From the NCBI GenBank assembly GCA_964494475.1, contig CAZBRS010000013.1, positions 11,057 to 75,056 on the forward strand: DNA of 64,000 nucleotides. The letters run 5' to 3'. The DNA comes from an uncultured Myxococcales bacterium (GTDB taxonomy: Bacteria; Myxococcota_A; UBA9042; CAZBRS01). The notes under the pieces are model-generated. The model was not told where the DNA came from and did not search any database. It saw only the letters and a program-made list of their open reading frames with translations. A program made the translations under genes and the position numbers. Shown piece by piece: positions 10,501-18,472 of this stretch; the stretch's first letter is position 1, and every line of letters starts with the position of its first letter.

Positions 10501-10788
10501 CAGGACGACGAGCCCGATTACCTCTACCTCATCCAGAACGGGGCCATCGACGTGGAGCGCAAGGGCCGCCACGTGGCCAGGCTCGGGGGCGGCGAGGCGG
10601 TGGGCGAGCTGGCCGCGCTCTACGACGCGAGGCGCAGCGCCACGGCGCGCGTGTCGGTGCCATCGCGCGTGGTGTCGGTGCCGGTCGGTGCGTTCCAGGA
10701 CCTGCTCGATCGCCACGCCGCGCTCGGTCGCACCATGATCGGCATCCTGGTCCGGCGCAGCCTCAAGCGCATCGATCGAAGGGAGTGA
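7600..10788 (+). CDS. Polytopic membrane transporter-like domain (MFS/ATP:ADP-antiporter-like) fused to HEAT repeats and C-terminal cyclic-nucleotide-binding domain
   Basis: About 12 hydrophobic helices span residues ~40-440 (e.g. LLPWMFLASATFTAVVSSLYV, VLLAFTLVSFVAL, WLTAGLLVVPLV). The middle region has repeated HEAT/PBS-lyase-like units (AAVRYALDVINDLHVDVRPELLEAL..., AAGVDALVAQGAIALPRLAERL...). The C-terminus is a cNMP-binding fold (FEGLSGEQLASIA...GEAVGELAAL...ARVSV). The start lies 7 nt after the upstream gene. Confidence 0.75.
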   Translation: MAEPLPERKSGDGNPSVLTRARRLLALDGSDRRPLAALAPIFAVSAASAIIGSSAAKSLFLSANELGLLPWMFLASATFTAVVSSLYVSAIQRAPLEVRYPVLLAFTLVSFVALRLLYPVAPEVMSLAVFIWLPGMGYLIALQAWSTASSLLPTRQGKRLFPVLAAVATAGAAGGGALVKLLLNWWEAEDLIWLTAGLLVVPLVTVRGTIRRLRRIADEGRGDPTKDARSPRATDLRPVVAESAGVLGGFRAIARSPLLWRLALFVFCLQAMSVLVDFQFNGELKRSFSKREIASFLGTFYLVSNAVVVLLSLFASGRILKSLGVGLSLSLGALLVGAGSAVYLVAAGGEVASPFAAMAFTAFALHVGQYAMTRNAIQVLVTPLDTVEGERSRTLIDGVVYRLATIVASVALLIVAPAAQSLYVLSPVIIVASLVVVVFGLKVGPHYRAALFQALRARRLDDTASRILDRGLGRRALREVERRLQDPDPAAVRYALDVINDLHVDVRPELLEALVRFGPPDIAERALQTMRVTGTPPTRDLLQALLASERPLGVVREALHACNQGGDASLLEVVRPLVRHADPTVAALAGLFRLRFEDAGGVEAIERELEEGEGHDPRHRASEVGRAETARQRAVGLARDLFAMVGGGAAGVSPEAVQAMGRMRLPAFVDPLIACLTERRLRAAGVDALVAQGAIALPRLAERLAEADLPLSSRVALYQVLTRVGSREAVALLEEQTGSPSMAVRSEAVLALWRAVRRPQTAKPSESRVRARILEEIERLRRYAGLERTVSPTGPFRMFFREELETARFQAERRVLRLLGILYDRAALYRVYLHYRSKTPRVRSNAIELLEQHVIDPALKPFVGLVERVGDASGEEQMRTVMVRKLVPDGTVVEMLSGVEPWLRRLWSWVLGREEKPALAFEWGNTIDRVFQLRHLPIFEGLSGEQLASIAPACDRREWPAGSTLFEQDDEPDYLYLIQNGAIDVERKGRHVARLGGGEAVGELAALYDARRSATARVSVPSRVVSVPVGAFQDLLDRHAALGRTMIGILVRRSLKRIDRRE

Positions 10789-10793
10789 GGGCA

Positions 10794-12332
10794 ATGGTCG
10801 TGCAGTCGACGGGCTCCCGCGACGGGTGGCCCTCCAGGCTCGAACGCCGCGTGGCCCGGGGGGCCTTCGTGCTGCTCGCGCTCGGGGTGCTGGGCCTGGC
10901 GCTGTGGCTTCCGTTCCGCGACCGGGGCACGCTGCTCGGCTTCGTGCGGGAGCAATCGAGCGGCGCCTATACGGCCGCCTGCGACCAGAAAGCGGCCAGC
11001 TACCTCTCCGACGTGCGGGAGCGGCGCTACCTGCCCCAGAGGCTGCGCATTCGCCGCTGGGAGAGCCCCAGCCACCAGGCCGGACAGGTGCTCGGCGAGA
11101 CGCTCTTCGCGTCCATGCTGGCGCGGAGGGCCACGCCGTTCGCGATCATCGAGGCGCGCGGCGGCCTGGGCAAGTCCAAGCTCGCCGCGGCCCTGGAGGC
11201 GCGCCTCTGCGGCGCCGTGGCCACCTTCCGCCTCGACGTGGGCCGCGACCTGCTGCCCCGGCTCGGGGAGCAGCTTCCGCCCGGCGAGGTCCTCGAGCAG
11301 GTCGTCGCCGAGTTGGCGGGGGTGAAGCTCGGATCTCCCGAGGCGGCCGACCTGCGCTCGCTGCTCGAGCGCGACGAGTGGGTGCTGCTGGTCGATTCGC
11401 TCGACGAGGTGGCCAGCGCCGACCGACCGCGCGTGATCGCGGCGCTGAACGAGATCGTCGTGCGCTACGGCCGCTCGTTGCGGCTCGCCGTCTTCACGCG
11501 GCCTCCGGTCTACGCCGAGACCTACGGCCTCGCGGGCGTGCACGCCTGGCTCGGCATCGAGCCCCTCGACTGCGCCGCCTCCGACGAGCGCGTGCGCTTC
11601 GCCCTCAAGAACGACGACGACGGGGCGTTCCGTGCCTTCGCGGCGGCCGTGGGGCTCGACGCCAGGAGCGTCACGCGCGAGGCCTGCCGCTACGTTCACC
11701 TCGCGACGTTCCGCGATCTGTTCGTGGCGGTCGACGTGGCGCGGGACCACGGCTTCGTGGCGCCCGAGGGCCTGACCGCGACGCGCGGAGCCATCTACGG
11801 CGCCTGGATCGACGGGCGGCTGAAGGGTGCGGGCCTGGAGCCGGCCGCCGCGCGCGCCGTGCTCGGTGGGCTGGTCGCGGCCGAGCACCCCGAGGCGGGC
11901 ACCCGCACCTTCGTGTTCACGCGCGAGCAATGCCTCCGAAGCGCCGTCGACGCCGCGCTCCCCAACGGGGAGGCGCTCTGCGCCTTGCTCGCGAAATCCG
12001 GCCTCGCCAAGCCGGTGGGCGAGGGCGGCAGCTTCCGCTTCGACAACCAGAGCGTGGCCGACTACTTCCTGGCCGCGTGGGCTGACGATCGACTGGAGGG
12101 CAACGACGGCGCTCCTGCCTGCGAGCGTCTCGCGGATCTGTCGGAGCTCTTCGAGTCCAACGAGGTCGCCGGCTTCCTGCTCGGCCTGCCCAGGGGTGGC
12201 GCCTGCGCCGAGGCCATCGTCCGGCAGCTCTGGCGAAGCGGCGCGCCGGGCGAGGAGACCTCCGCGCTCGTCGAGCAGGGCCTGGGGCCGAGGAGCCGCG
12301 AGATCGCGGTCCCGCAGGAGGTGCGCCCATGA
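10794..12332 (+). CDS. Membrane-anchored STAND/NACHT-like P-loop NTPase
   Basis: The in-frame ATG (MVVQSTG...) lies 5 nt after the upstream stop. It has one N-terminal TM helix (GAFVLLALGVLGLALWLPF). Walker A is ARGGLGKSKLA. Walker B is VLLVDSLDEV, an hhhhD-S-L-D-E motif characteristic of NACHT/STAND ATPases. A ~250-aa C-terminal helical region follows. Confidence 0.7.
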   Translation: MVVQSTGSRDGWPSRLERRVARGAFVLLALGVLGLALWLPFRDRGTLLGFVREQSSGAYTAACDQKAASYLSDVRERRYLPQRLRIRRWESPSHQAGQVLGETLFASMLARRATPFAIIEARGGLGKSKLAAALEARLCGAVATFRLDVGRDLLPRLGEQLPPGEVLEQVVAELAGVKLGSPEAADLRSLLERDEWVLLVDSLDEVASADRPRVIAALNEIVVRYGRSLRLAVFTRPPVYAETYGLAGVHAWLGIEPLDCAASDERVRFALKNDDDGAFRAFAAAVGLDARSVTREACRYVHLATFRDLFVAVDVARDHGFVAPEGLTATRGAIYGAWIDGRLKGAGLEPAAARAVLGGLVAAEHPEAGTRTFVFTREQCLRSAVDAALPNGEALCALLAKSGLAKPVGEGGSFRFDNQSVADYFLAAWADDRLEGNDGAPACERLADLSELFESNEVAGFLLGLPRGGACAEAIVRQLWRSGAPGEETSALVEQGLGPRSREIAVPQEVRP

Positions 12333-12778
12333 CCGACGATCGCCTGCAGTCGACCGGGGTCGGCGCCCCGAGCCTGCGCCTGAAGCTCGTGCGCGGGGTC
12401 TTCGAGCTGAAGGGCATTCCGCTCTTCGAGGGCCTGAACGCCGAGGATCTGCTGCCCATCGCCGAGGCCGTCACGCGCCTCGAAGCCCAGCCGGGCGACG
12501 TGATGGCGCGCGAGGGCGAGGACGCCGACGAGGTGTGGCTCGTGCTCGAGGGCAGCCTCGAGGCCTCGCGCCAGGGGCGGGTGGTGGCGCGCTACGACGC
12601 GGGCGATCTGGCGGGCGACCTCTCGTTCATCGACGGCCGGCACCCGGTCACGCTGACCGCGCGCGCGCCCGTGTCGATGCTGGCCCTCGGCCGCGACGAC
12701 TTCGAAGAATTGCTCGACCTGAACCCCGCGCTGGCGCAGAACGTGATCGGGCTGCTGTCGCGGCGGCTGCGGAGCTGA
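12329..12778 (+). CDS. Stand-alone cyclic-nucleotide-binding domain protein
   Basis: It overlaps the upstream gene by 4 nt (ATGA). The cNMP-binding fold is IPLFEGLNAEDLLPIAEAV...GEDADEVWLVLEGSL...AGDLAGDLSFIDGRHPVTLTA, with no DNA-binding HTH. Confidence 0.75.
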   Translation: MTDDRLQSTGVGAPSLRLKLVRGVFELKGIPLFEGLNAEDLLPIAEAVTRLEAQPGDVMAREGEDADEVWLVLEGSLEASRQGRVVARYDAGDLAGDLSFIDGRHPVTLTARAPVSMLALGRDDFEELLDLNPALAQNVIGLLSRRLRS

Positions 12779-12783
12779 TTACC

Positions 12784-13890
12784 TCAGGGCGCCTCGGCGT
12801 TCCGCGCCACGTTGTACACCAGCCCCAGGCTGAACAGCTTGATCAGCAGCGACGAGCCCCCGTAGCTCATGAGCGGGAAGGTGATGCCCACCACCGGCGC
12901 GAGGCCCACGATCATGCCGAGGTTCACCCAGGCCTGCACGGCGATGAGCAGGCCGCTGCCGAAGCAGACCAGGGCCCCGAATCGGTCGCGCGCGCGCGTG
13001 CTGACCAGCCACGTCCAGGCCACCAGGTAGAAATAGAGCCCGAGCAGCAGCGCGAGCCCCACGAAGCCGTGCTCCTCGGCGAAGGTGGCCAGGGCGAAGT
13101 CGGTGTGGATGGCGTACAGGTAGCGCAGGCGGGTCTTGGCGCCCTCGTGGATGCCGCGCCCCATCAGGCCGCCCGAGCCCACGGCCCAGAGGGCCTGCTT
13201 GGGCTGCATGTACTTGTCGAACAGGCGCTTGTCGACCTTCTGCAGCTCCTGGGGGTCCGTGTGCACCCAGAGGCGCACGCGATCCTTCTGGTACTCCTTG
13301 ATCATGCCGCTGTTCCAGAGCAGCGGCGCGGCCACGGCGACGATGACCAGGAGCTTCAGCACCGAGCGGCCGCTCAGCCCGTCGTAGAGCAGCATCGCCA
13401 AGAACAGGCCCGCGACGATGAGCGCGGTGCCGAGGTCGGGCTGCACGACGATGAGGCCCACCGTGAGGGCCACGACCGTGAGGGGGCGCGCCAGGTGGCG
13501 CCAGCGCAGCGCGTCGTTGGCCCGCCGCTGGTCGAGGTAGGAGGCCACCATCAGCAAGGTCGACATCTTGGCCACCTCGGAGGCCTGGAAGGTGACGCCG
13601 AACACCTCGATCCAGCGCCGGGCGTAGTTCACCTCCTTGCCGATGAGGAGCGTGAGGAAGAGCACCAGCAAGGTGGCGATGGTGAGCGGCAGCGTGAGGC
13701 GCTGGATGAGCGCGAGCTCGAGGCGCGACGTGACGAACAGCACGATGAACCCGACGATGAACCAGACGGTCTGCGCCTCGTGGTAGCGATCGTCGGTGTA
13801 GTAGTCGGCGCTCTTCAGGTTCAGCAGGCTGAGCACGGCGATGATGACCAGCACGAGGCCGGCCAGGACGTTGGCGACGCGCAGGCTCAC
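12784..13890 (-). CDS. rodA: Peptidoglycan glycosyltransferase RodA (SEDS family)
   Basis: The GTG start overlaps the mrdA stop by 4 nt. It is a ~368-aa 10-TM protein with a SEDS-typical C-terminus ...GLAPVVGITFPLMSYGGSSLL... Confidence 0.85.
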   Translation of the reverse strand: MSLRVANVLAGLVLVIIAVLSLLNLKSADYYTDDRYHEAQTVWFIVGFIVLFVTSRLELALIQRLTLPLTIATLLVLFLTLLIGKEVNYARRWIEVFGVTFQASEVAKMSTLLMVASYLDQRRANDALRWRHLARPLTVVALTVGLIVVQPDLGTALIVAGLFLAMLLYDGLSGRSVLKLLVIVAVAAPLLWNSGMIKEYQKDRVRLWVHTDPQELQKVDKRLFDKYMQPKQALWAVGSGGLMGRGIHEGAKTRLRYLYAIHTDFALATFAEEHGFVGLALLLGLYFYLVAWTWLVSTRARDRFGALVCFGSGLLIAVQAWVNLGMIVGLAPVVGITFPLMSYGGSSLLIKLFSLGLVYNVARNAEAP

Positions 13891-16082
13891 GGCGTGTCCC
13901 CCAGGTTGCCGAGCCGCCGCTCGAAGATCTTCTGCAGTGCCTGCTGCGCGATGGGCGCGGCGTTCTTGCCGCCCGAGCCTCCGTGCTCGATGAACACGAC
14001 GACCAGCACGCGCGGCGCGTCGGCCGGGGCGTAGCCGACGAACCAGGCGTGGGGCCGGAGCAACCAGGCGGCGAAGTCGGGATCGTCGACGCCCGGTCGC
14101 TTTTCGCGCGACTCGGCCGTGCCCGTCTTGCCGGACATGGGCAATTCGGCCAGGGCGATGCCGGCCGCGGTGCCCACCTCGTCGTTGATGACGCCGTACA
14201 GGCCCTCGCGGATGATGGCGCCGTACTCGTCGGGGAAGCGCACGTGGCGAACCACCTCGCGCCCCTGGGCCTCGAGCACGTGGCCGGCGTCGTCTTCGAT
14301 GGCGCGCACCAGGTGCAGCCCGAGCACGTCGCCGCCGTTCACGAGCACCGAGAAGGCGCGCGCCACCTGGAGCGGCGTCGAGAGCACGGAGGCCTGGCCG
14401 ACGGCGGCGCTGAGGGCGAAGCCGGGCAGGTAGCCGCGGGGGTCGTTCTCGCGATACCACGCCTCGGTGGGCAGCCGCCCCTTCTGTTCCGGCACCTCGA
14501 GGCCCACGGGCTCGCCGAAGCCGAAGAAGTCGCGGCCGTACAAGGCGATCGTGTCGAGGCCCAGGAGCTCGCCGACGCTGTAGTAGTACACGTCGCACGA
14601 ATGGACGAGCGACTCGACCAGGTCCATCTTGCCGTGGCCGCCCAGGTTGTGGCAGCGGAACTTGCGTCGCTTGTAGAGCACGTAGCCGTGGCACGTGAAC
14701 GTGTCGTTCTCGTCGACGATCCCCTCCATGAGCGCGGCCAGCGCCGGGACAATCTTGAAGACCGAGCCCGGCGCGTAGGCGGTCACGGCCTTGTTGAGCT
14801 GCGGGCTGTAGCGCTCGCGCGCGGTCTGCTCGGCGTCGAGCTTCTCCTGCATCGGCACCGACCGGCGCACGGCCGGCGTGGGCAGCGAGAGGTTGGGGTC
14901 GAAGGACGGCTTGGAGTAGAGCCCGAGGACCTCGCCCTCCTGGGGGTCGATGACCACCGCCGCGCCGCTGACCACGTTGCGCATGGCCTCGGAGAGCACC
15001 GTCTGGATGCGGATGTCGATGGTCAGACGCGCCGTGTGTCCGTCGACCGGGGGGGTGGAGCGGAGCTCGGTGTAGGTGGTCTGGATCGTGTGGGGGTCGC
15101 GCCGGAACCCCTTGGCATCCTTGACGAAGACCTCCTCGCCGTGGCGACCCCGCAGCTGCTTCTCGAGGGTGCGCTCGAGACCGGTGCGGCCGACCAGGTC
15201 GGCCAGACGGTAGGCGTCGGGTTCGGCCGCGAGCTCGTCCGGGGAGACCTCGTTCAGGTAGCCGACGAGGTGGCTGACCTCTTCGCGGAAGGGGTAGAAG
15301 CGGCGCAGGTTGGTGCGGATGTCGAAGCCGGGAAGCTCGTGGAGGCGCGCGTTCAGCGCCGCGTACTGGTTGTTGTAGTCCCGGTTGCAGACCGGGCAGG
15401 TCATGTTGCGGGGCGCCTCGGCCAGGGGGGCTCCGTCGACGGGGTCGGTGGTCTGCTCGGGCAGGAGGAACGTTCGCTCGCAGCGCCCGCAGCGGGCGAC
15501 CCGCTTGTTCAGCGAGTATTTGAGGCGCTGGTGGTCCACGGGGCAGAAGCGCTGCTTGTCGAGGTCGAGGGGCACGTACTCGCGACCGGTGGCGGGCGAC
15601 CAGCGCACCGCGGACTCGGGCAGGAAGCTGAGCGGGCTGCCGTCGTGGGGGCAGAAGTCCGACGTGAGCCACGGCGACACGATGAGGGTGCGGAAGCGCT
15701 TCTCCTTGTCGGCGAGCGCGGCGCTGACCTTGGCGCGGAGCGCGGCGTACTCGTCGTCGGGCAATTCGAGCAGCGCCCGCACGGTCTCGAGCTCGCCGTC
15801 GACGTCCTTGAGGTAGTGGGGAACCAGCGTGAGGCGATGGGTGTCGACGTTGCGGGCCAGCGGGCGTCCGTTGCGATCGACGATCTCGCCGCGCCGGGCG
15901 AGCACGCGCTCCTTGCCGATGGAGCTGACCTGGGAGAGCGACGCGTAGCGTTCGTGCTCGAGCACCTGCAGAAAGAAGATCCGGGCCAGCATGACGACCC
16001 ACGCCAGCGCGAAGAGGATCAGCGCCACCCGGAAGCGGGGCCGGTACTCCAGTCGACCGCGGCGAAAACTCCCGACCTCCAT
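13887..16082 (-). CDS. mrdA: Penicillin-binding protein 2 (elongasome transpeptidase) with N-terminal-domain zinc-ribbon insertion
   Basis: It has an N-terminal TM anchor. The catalytic motifs are SVFK (SxxK), SCD (SxD/N) and KTGTA. It is 731 aa, ~100 aa longer than typical PBP2 because of an insertion carrying four Cys pairs (CPHDG...CPVDH and CGRCE...CPVCN). Confidence 0.85.
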   Translation of the reverse strand: MEVGSFRRGRLEYRPRFRVALILFALAWVVMLARIFFLQVLEHERYASLSQVSSIGKERVLARRGEIVDRNGRPLARNVDTHRLTLVPHYLKDVDGELETVRALLELPDDEYAALRAKVSAALADKEKRFRTLIVSPWLTSDFCPHDGSPLSFLPESAVRWSPATGREYVPLDLDKQRFCPVDHQRLKYSLNKRVARCGRCERTFLLPEQTTDPVDGAPLAEAPRNMTCPVCNRDYNNQYAALNARLHELPGFDIRTNLRRFYPFREEVSHLVGYLNEVSPDELAAEPDAYRLADLVGRTGLERTLEKQLRGRHGEEVFVKDAKGFRRDPHTIQTTYTELRSTPPVDGHTARLTIDIRIQTVLSEAMRNVVSGAAVVIDPQEGEVLGLYSKPSFDPNLSLPTPAVRRSVPMQEKLDAEQTARERYSPQLNKAVTAYAPGSVFKIVPALAALMEGIVDENDTFTCHGYVLYKRRKFRCHNLGGHGKMDLVESLVHSCDVYYYSVGELLGLDTIALYGRDFFGFGEPVGLEVPEQKGRLPTEAWYRENDPRGYLPGFALSAAVGQASVLSTPLQVARAFSVLVNGGDVLGLHLVRAIEDDAGHVLEAQGREVVRHVRFPDEYGAIIREGLYGVINDEVGTAAGIALAELPMSGKTGTAESREKRPGVDDPDFAAWLLRPHAWFVGYAPADAPRVLVVVFIEHGGSGGKNAAPIAQQALQKIFERRLGNLGDTP

Positions 16083-16091
16083 GCGCCTCGT

Positions 16092-17138
16092 TCAACCGCG
16101 GGGGTGGTTGCCGGACTGCTGCAGCCACTTCAGGTAGCGGGAGAACAGGCCGGAGTGCGCGCCCTCGTCGAGATCGACGATCTCGAGCTCGAGCCCCGAG
16201 ACGCCGTCGGCGCGACCCGTGCGCACCTCGGAGATGCGGGTGGTGGCCAGGAGCGCCGCCTCGCCGTCGCGGGTGGGGATGGCGAGCCGCAGGGGGTAGA
16301 CGCCGTCGAGATCGACCGGACCCACCAGGGTGCGCACGAAGAGGGTCGCCGGCGAGAACTGCGTCACGCGGACGCCCAGGCGCTCGCTGCCGATCTCGAA
16401 GACGGCCGGCAGGTCGCCGTGGACGGGCCGCTCGGCCGGTTTGGGCTCGGGCGGGCGGAGGCGATGCGCGGCGGCCACGGCGTCGGAGTCGACGCTCGGG
16501 TCGTCGTCGCGAGGAGCGGCCGAGGAGCGGTGGACCGAGTGCCCCTGGTCGTGGGGGACGACCTCGACCCCCAGGGCGTCGACTTCGTCGGGGCGCGTGA
16601 TGAGGCCGATGGGCCCGGCCTCCGGGTCGCGCAGGCTGGTGCGCGCCGGGGGCAGCGTTCGCAGCACCTCGTCGGACTGGCGCTGCGCGGAGTGCTCGGC
16701 GCGCTGGCGCTCGATGACGGACCGCAGGAACGCCTCGAACGCGAAGACGGAGCGCATGCGGCCCTGCCCGACCTCGATGGAGGGCAGCAGGATCGTCGCG
16801 GAGACGCCGAACAGCACCTCGAGGAACGCGGCCAGGGTGCGGGCCTCCATGGCCGTGGTGGCCTTGAGCCAGCGCAGGCCGATGCCCGCGATGGGCTCGG
16901 TCTGGTAGCGCACCACGCGCCCCAACAGGTACACGGGCGGATCGATCCCGCACGAACGATCGAAGACCACGCCCATCTGCGTGCCCTTCTGGACGCGGCT
17001 GGCATCGGGCGACGCGAAGAGCATGCCGCCGATGCTGATGTCGATGGGCTTGCCGTCGACGCGGGTCCCGTCGTGGTAGCAGAAGACGGCGCGGTCGAAG
17101 GTGTGACGCGGGTGGATGCGGCGATCGGCGTCGTTCAT
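16092..17138 (-). CDS. PilZ domain protein (probable c-di-GMP receptor), tandem PilZ-like halves
   Basis: The internal ATG (MNDADRRIHPRH...) of the 16092..17246 ORF is the likely start. The canonical PilZ motifs are RIHPRHTFDR (RxxxR) and DISIGGMLF (D/NxSxGG). A second degenerate PilZ-like half sits C-terminally. It ends 9 nt before the mrdA start on the same strand. Confidence 0.7.
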   Translation of the reverse strand: MNDADRRIHPRHTFDRAVFCYHDGTRVDGKPIDISIGGMLFASPDASRVQKGTQMGVVFDRSCGIDPPVYLLGRVVRYQTEPIAGIGLRWLKATTAMEARTLAAFLEVLFGVSATILLPSIEVGQGRMRSVFAFEAFLRSVIERQRAEHSAQRQSDEVLRTLPPARTSLRDPEAGPIGLITRPDEVDALGVEVVPHDQGHSVHRSSAAPRDDDPSVDSDAVAAAHRLRPPEPKPAERPVHGDLPAVFEIGSERLGVRVTQFSPATLFVRTLVGPVDLDGVYPLRLAIPTRDGEAALLATTRISEVRTGRADGVSGLELEIVDLDEGAHSGLFSRYLKWLQQSGNHPRG

Positions 17139-17178
17139 GCGGGCCGCTTCGACCAGATGATGCGCGCGTAGTCTATCC

Positions 17179-18321
17179 TCAGAGGACCGCCACGTCCAGG
17201 TGCGGCACGCGGCCGTCGAGGCGCGCCACGGCGTCGGCTCCGTCACCCCAGTGCACCGTGTAGAGGACGCTCGCGTAGACGAGCGCGCGAAACGCCCGAC
17301 GAACGGGACCGAGGAGCGGATGGCGCCGGGCCAGGGAGAGCACCACGTAGGCGAAGCCCCGAACGAGGGCCTGGTCCAGGACCGGCGCGAGCAGGGCCGA
17401 GGCCACGAGCGGATCGTCGTCGTCGACGGCCAGGTGCGACAGGAACGCGTGGTGGAGCCGGCCGCCCACGGGAGGCAGGCGCGGCACGCGCAGCCAGGGC
17501 GCGAGCACGTTGACGAGCGGGCGGGCCAGCCGGAGCGCGCCCGAGTAACCGTGCACCACCGTCTGCTTGAAGGCGGTCTGGTCCCAGAGCGCGACGCAGC
17601 CCACGACTCGCCCGCCGCGCGTGGCGACCCTGAAGTCGCCGGGCGACAACCCGCGGCAACGCTCCGGGTCGGCGAGCGCGGCCGCCGTCCAGACCGGCGC
17701 GAACTGGTAGCGCCGCAGGTTGCGTTGCAGGCACTCGGCGAGCGCGTCGAGGTCGGAGGCCGCGGCGACGCGCACCTCGACCCCGGGGCAGGCGGTGGAG
17801 CGCTGCCGTCGCCAGAGGGGCAGCGCGAGCGTGTGGATTGGCTCGTGCTCGGTGTAGGTCGGCAATCCGGGGCGGGGGCGGGCCAACGCCCGGCGTGCGA
17901 GCTCGTTGCCGGCGATGAGGGTGGTCACGTAGAAGGAGGGCTCGCCGGCCCGGTCGTGCAGGCGTTGGAGGGCCGCGAAGCCGCCCCGCAGCAGGCCGCG
18001 CGTGCCGCGGTGTTCCCGGTCGACGCGCAGCTGCGCCAGGTAGCCCAGGCGCGTCGCCTCACCGTTCACGAACGCATCGCGCACGGCGCGGCTGCCGAGG
18101 CCCAAAAGGCGGCCCTCGGCGGTGCGCGCCACCACCGTCTGGTGCACGTCGCCCTCCAGCGCGGCGGCGTGGAAGAACGACGGCTCGCGCGTCAGCGCCA
18201 GCCGGAAGGCCCCGGGCATGGGGTTGTCGCGCAGCAGTCGACGGAGCTCGGGGTCGTCGGAGGGCACGGCCTCGTCGAAGACGACCGTCGGGCGCAGGTC
18301 GTTCGTTCCCGGTTGAATCAA
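17179..18321 (-). CDS. Acyltransferase-fold (GNAT/FemAB-like) protein, two tandem halves
   Basis: The composition is protein-like, with duplicated ~170-aa halves of GNAT-like secondary-structure pattern. The start is uncertain: TTG at 18321, or the upstream ATG at 18462 which would add a low-complexity Arg/Ser N-terminus. The family assignment is weak. Confidence 0.45.
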   Translation of the reverse strand: MIQPGTNDLRPTVVFDEAVPSDDPELRRLLRDNPMPGAFRLALTREPSFFHAAALEGDVHQTVVARTAEGRLLGLGSRAVRDAFVNGEATRLGYLAQLRVDREHRGTRGLLRGGFAALQRLHDRAGEPSFYVTTLIAGNELARRALARPRPGLPTYTEHEPIHTLALPLWRRQRSTACPGVEVRVAAASDLDALAECLQRNLRRYQFAPVWTAAALADPERCRGLSPGDFRVATRGGRVVGCVALWDQTAFKQTVVHGYSGALRLARPLVNVLAPWLRVPRLPPVGGRLHHAFLSHLAVDDDDPLVASALLAPVLDQALVRGFAYVVLSLARRHPLLGPVRRAFRALVYASVLYTVHWGDGADAVARLDGRVPHLDVAVL

Positions 18322-18472
18322 CGTCGAGATCCTCCCGCAGGCGACGGACGGTTCGGGTTCGGCTATTCTACCGCAAGTGCCAGCATCGGGGGAGGAGCGA
18401 GTGGGAGAGCGGTCGCGGTTGCGGGCGCGCACAACGCCTTGCGCTCGGCTCGACGCGGGCACGCGCGACGCG

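Noticed and set aside
7426-10794. 1,122-aa minus-strand ORF
   Set aside because: It is antisense to the transporter-HEAT-cNMP gene. The Arg/Gly/His/Pro-rich junk composition has no hydrophobic core pattern.
13983-17171. 1,062-aa plus-strand ORF
   Set aside because: It is antisense to mrdA and the PilZ gene. The sense frames carry SxxK/KTG and PilZ motifs.
16954-17246. N-terminal extensions of the minus-strand ORFs 12784..16953 and 16092..17246
   Set aside because: The extensions are Arg/Pro-rich and overlap real genes in other frames. The internal GTG/ATG starts give canonical RodA and PilZ N-termini.
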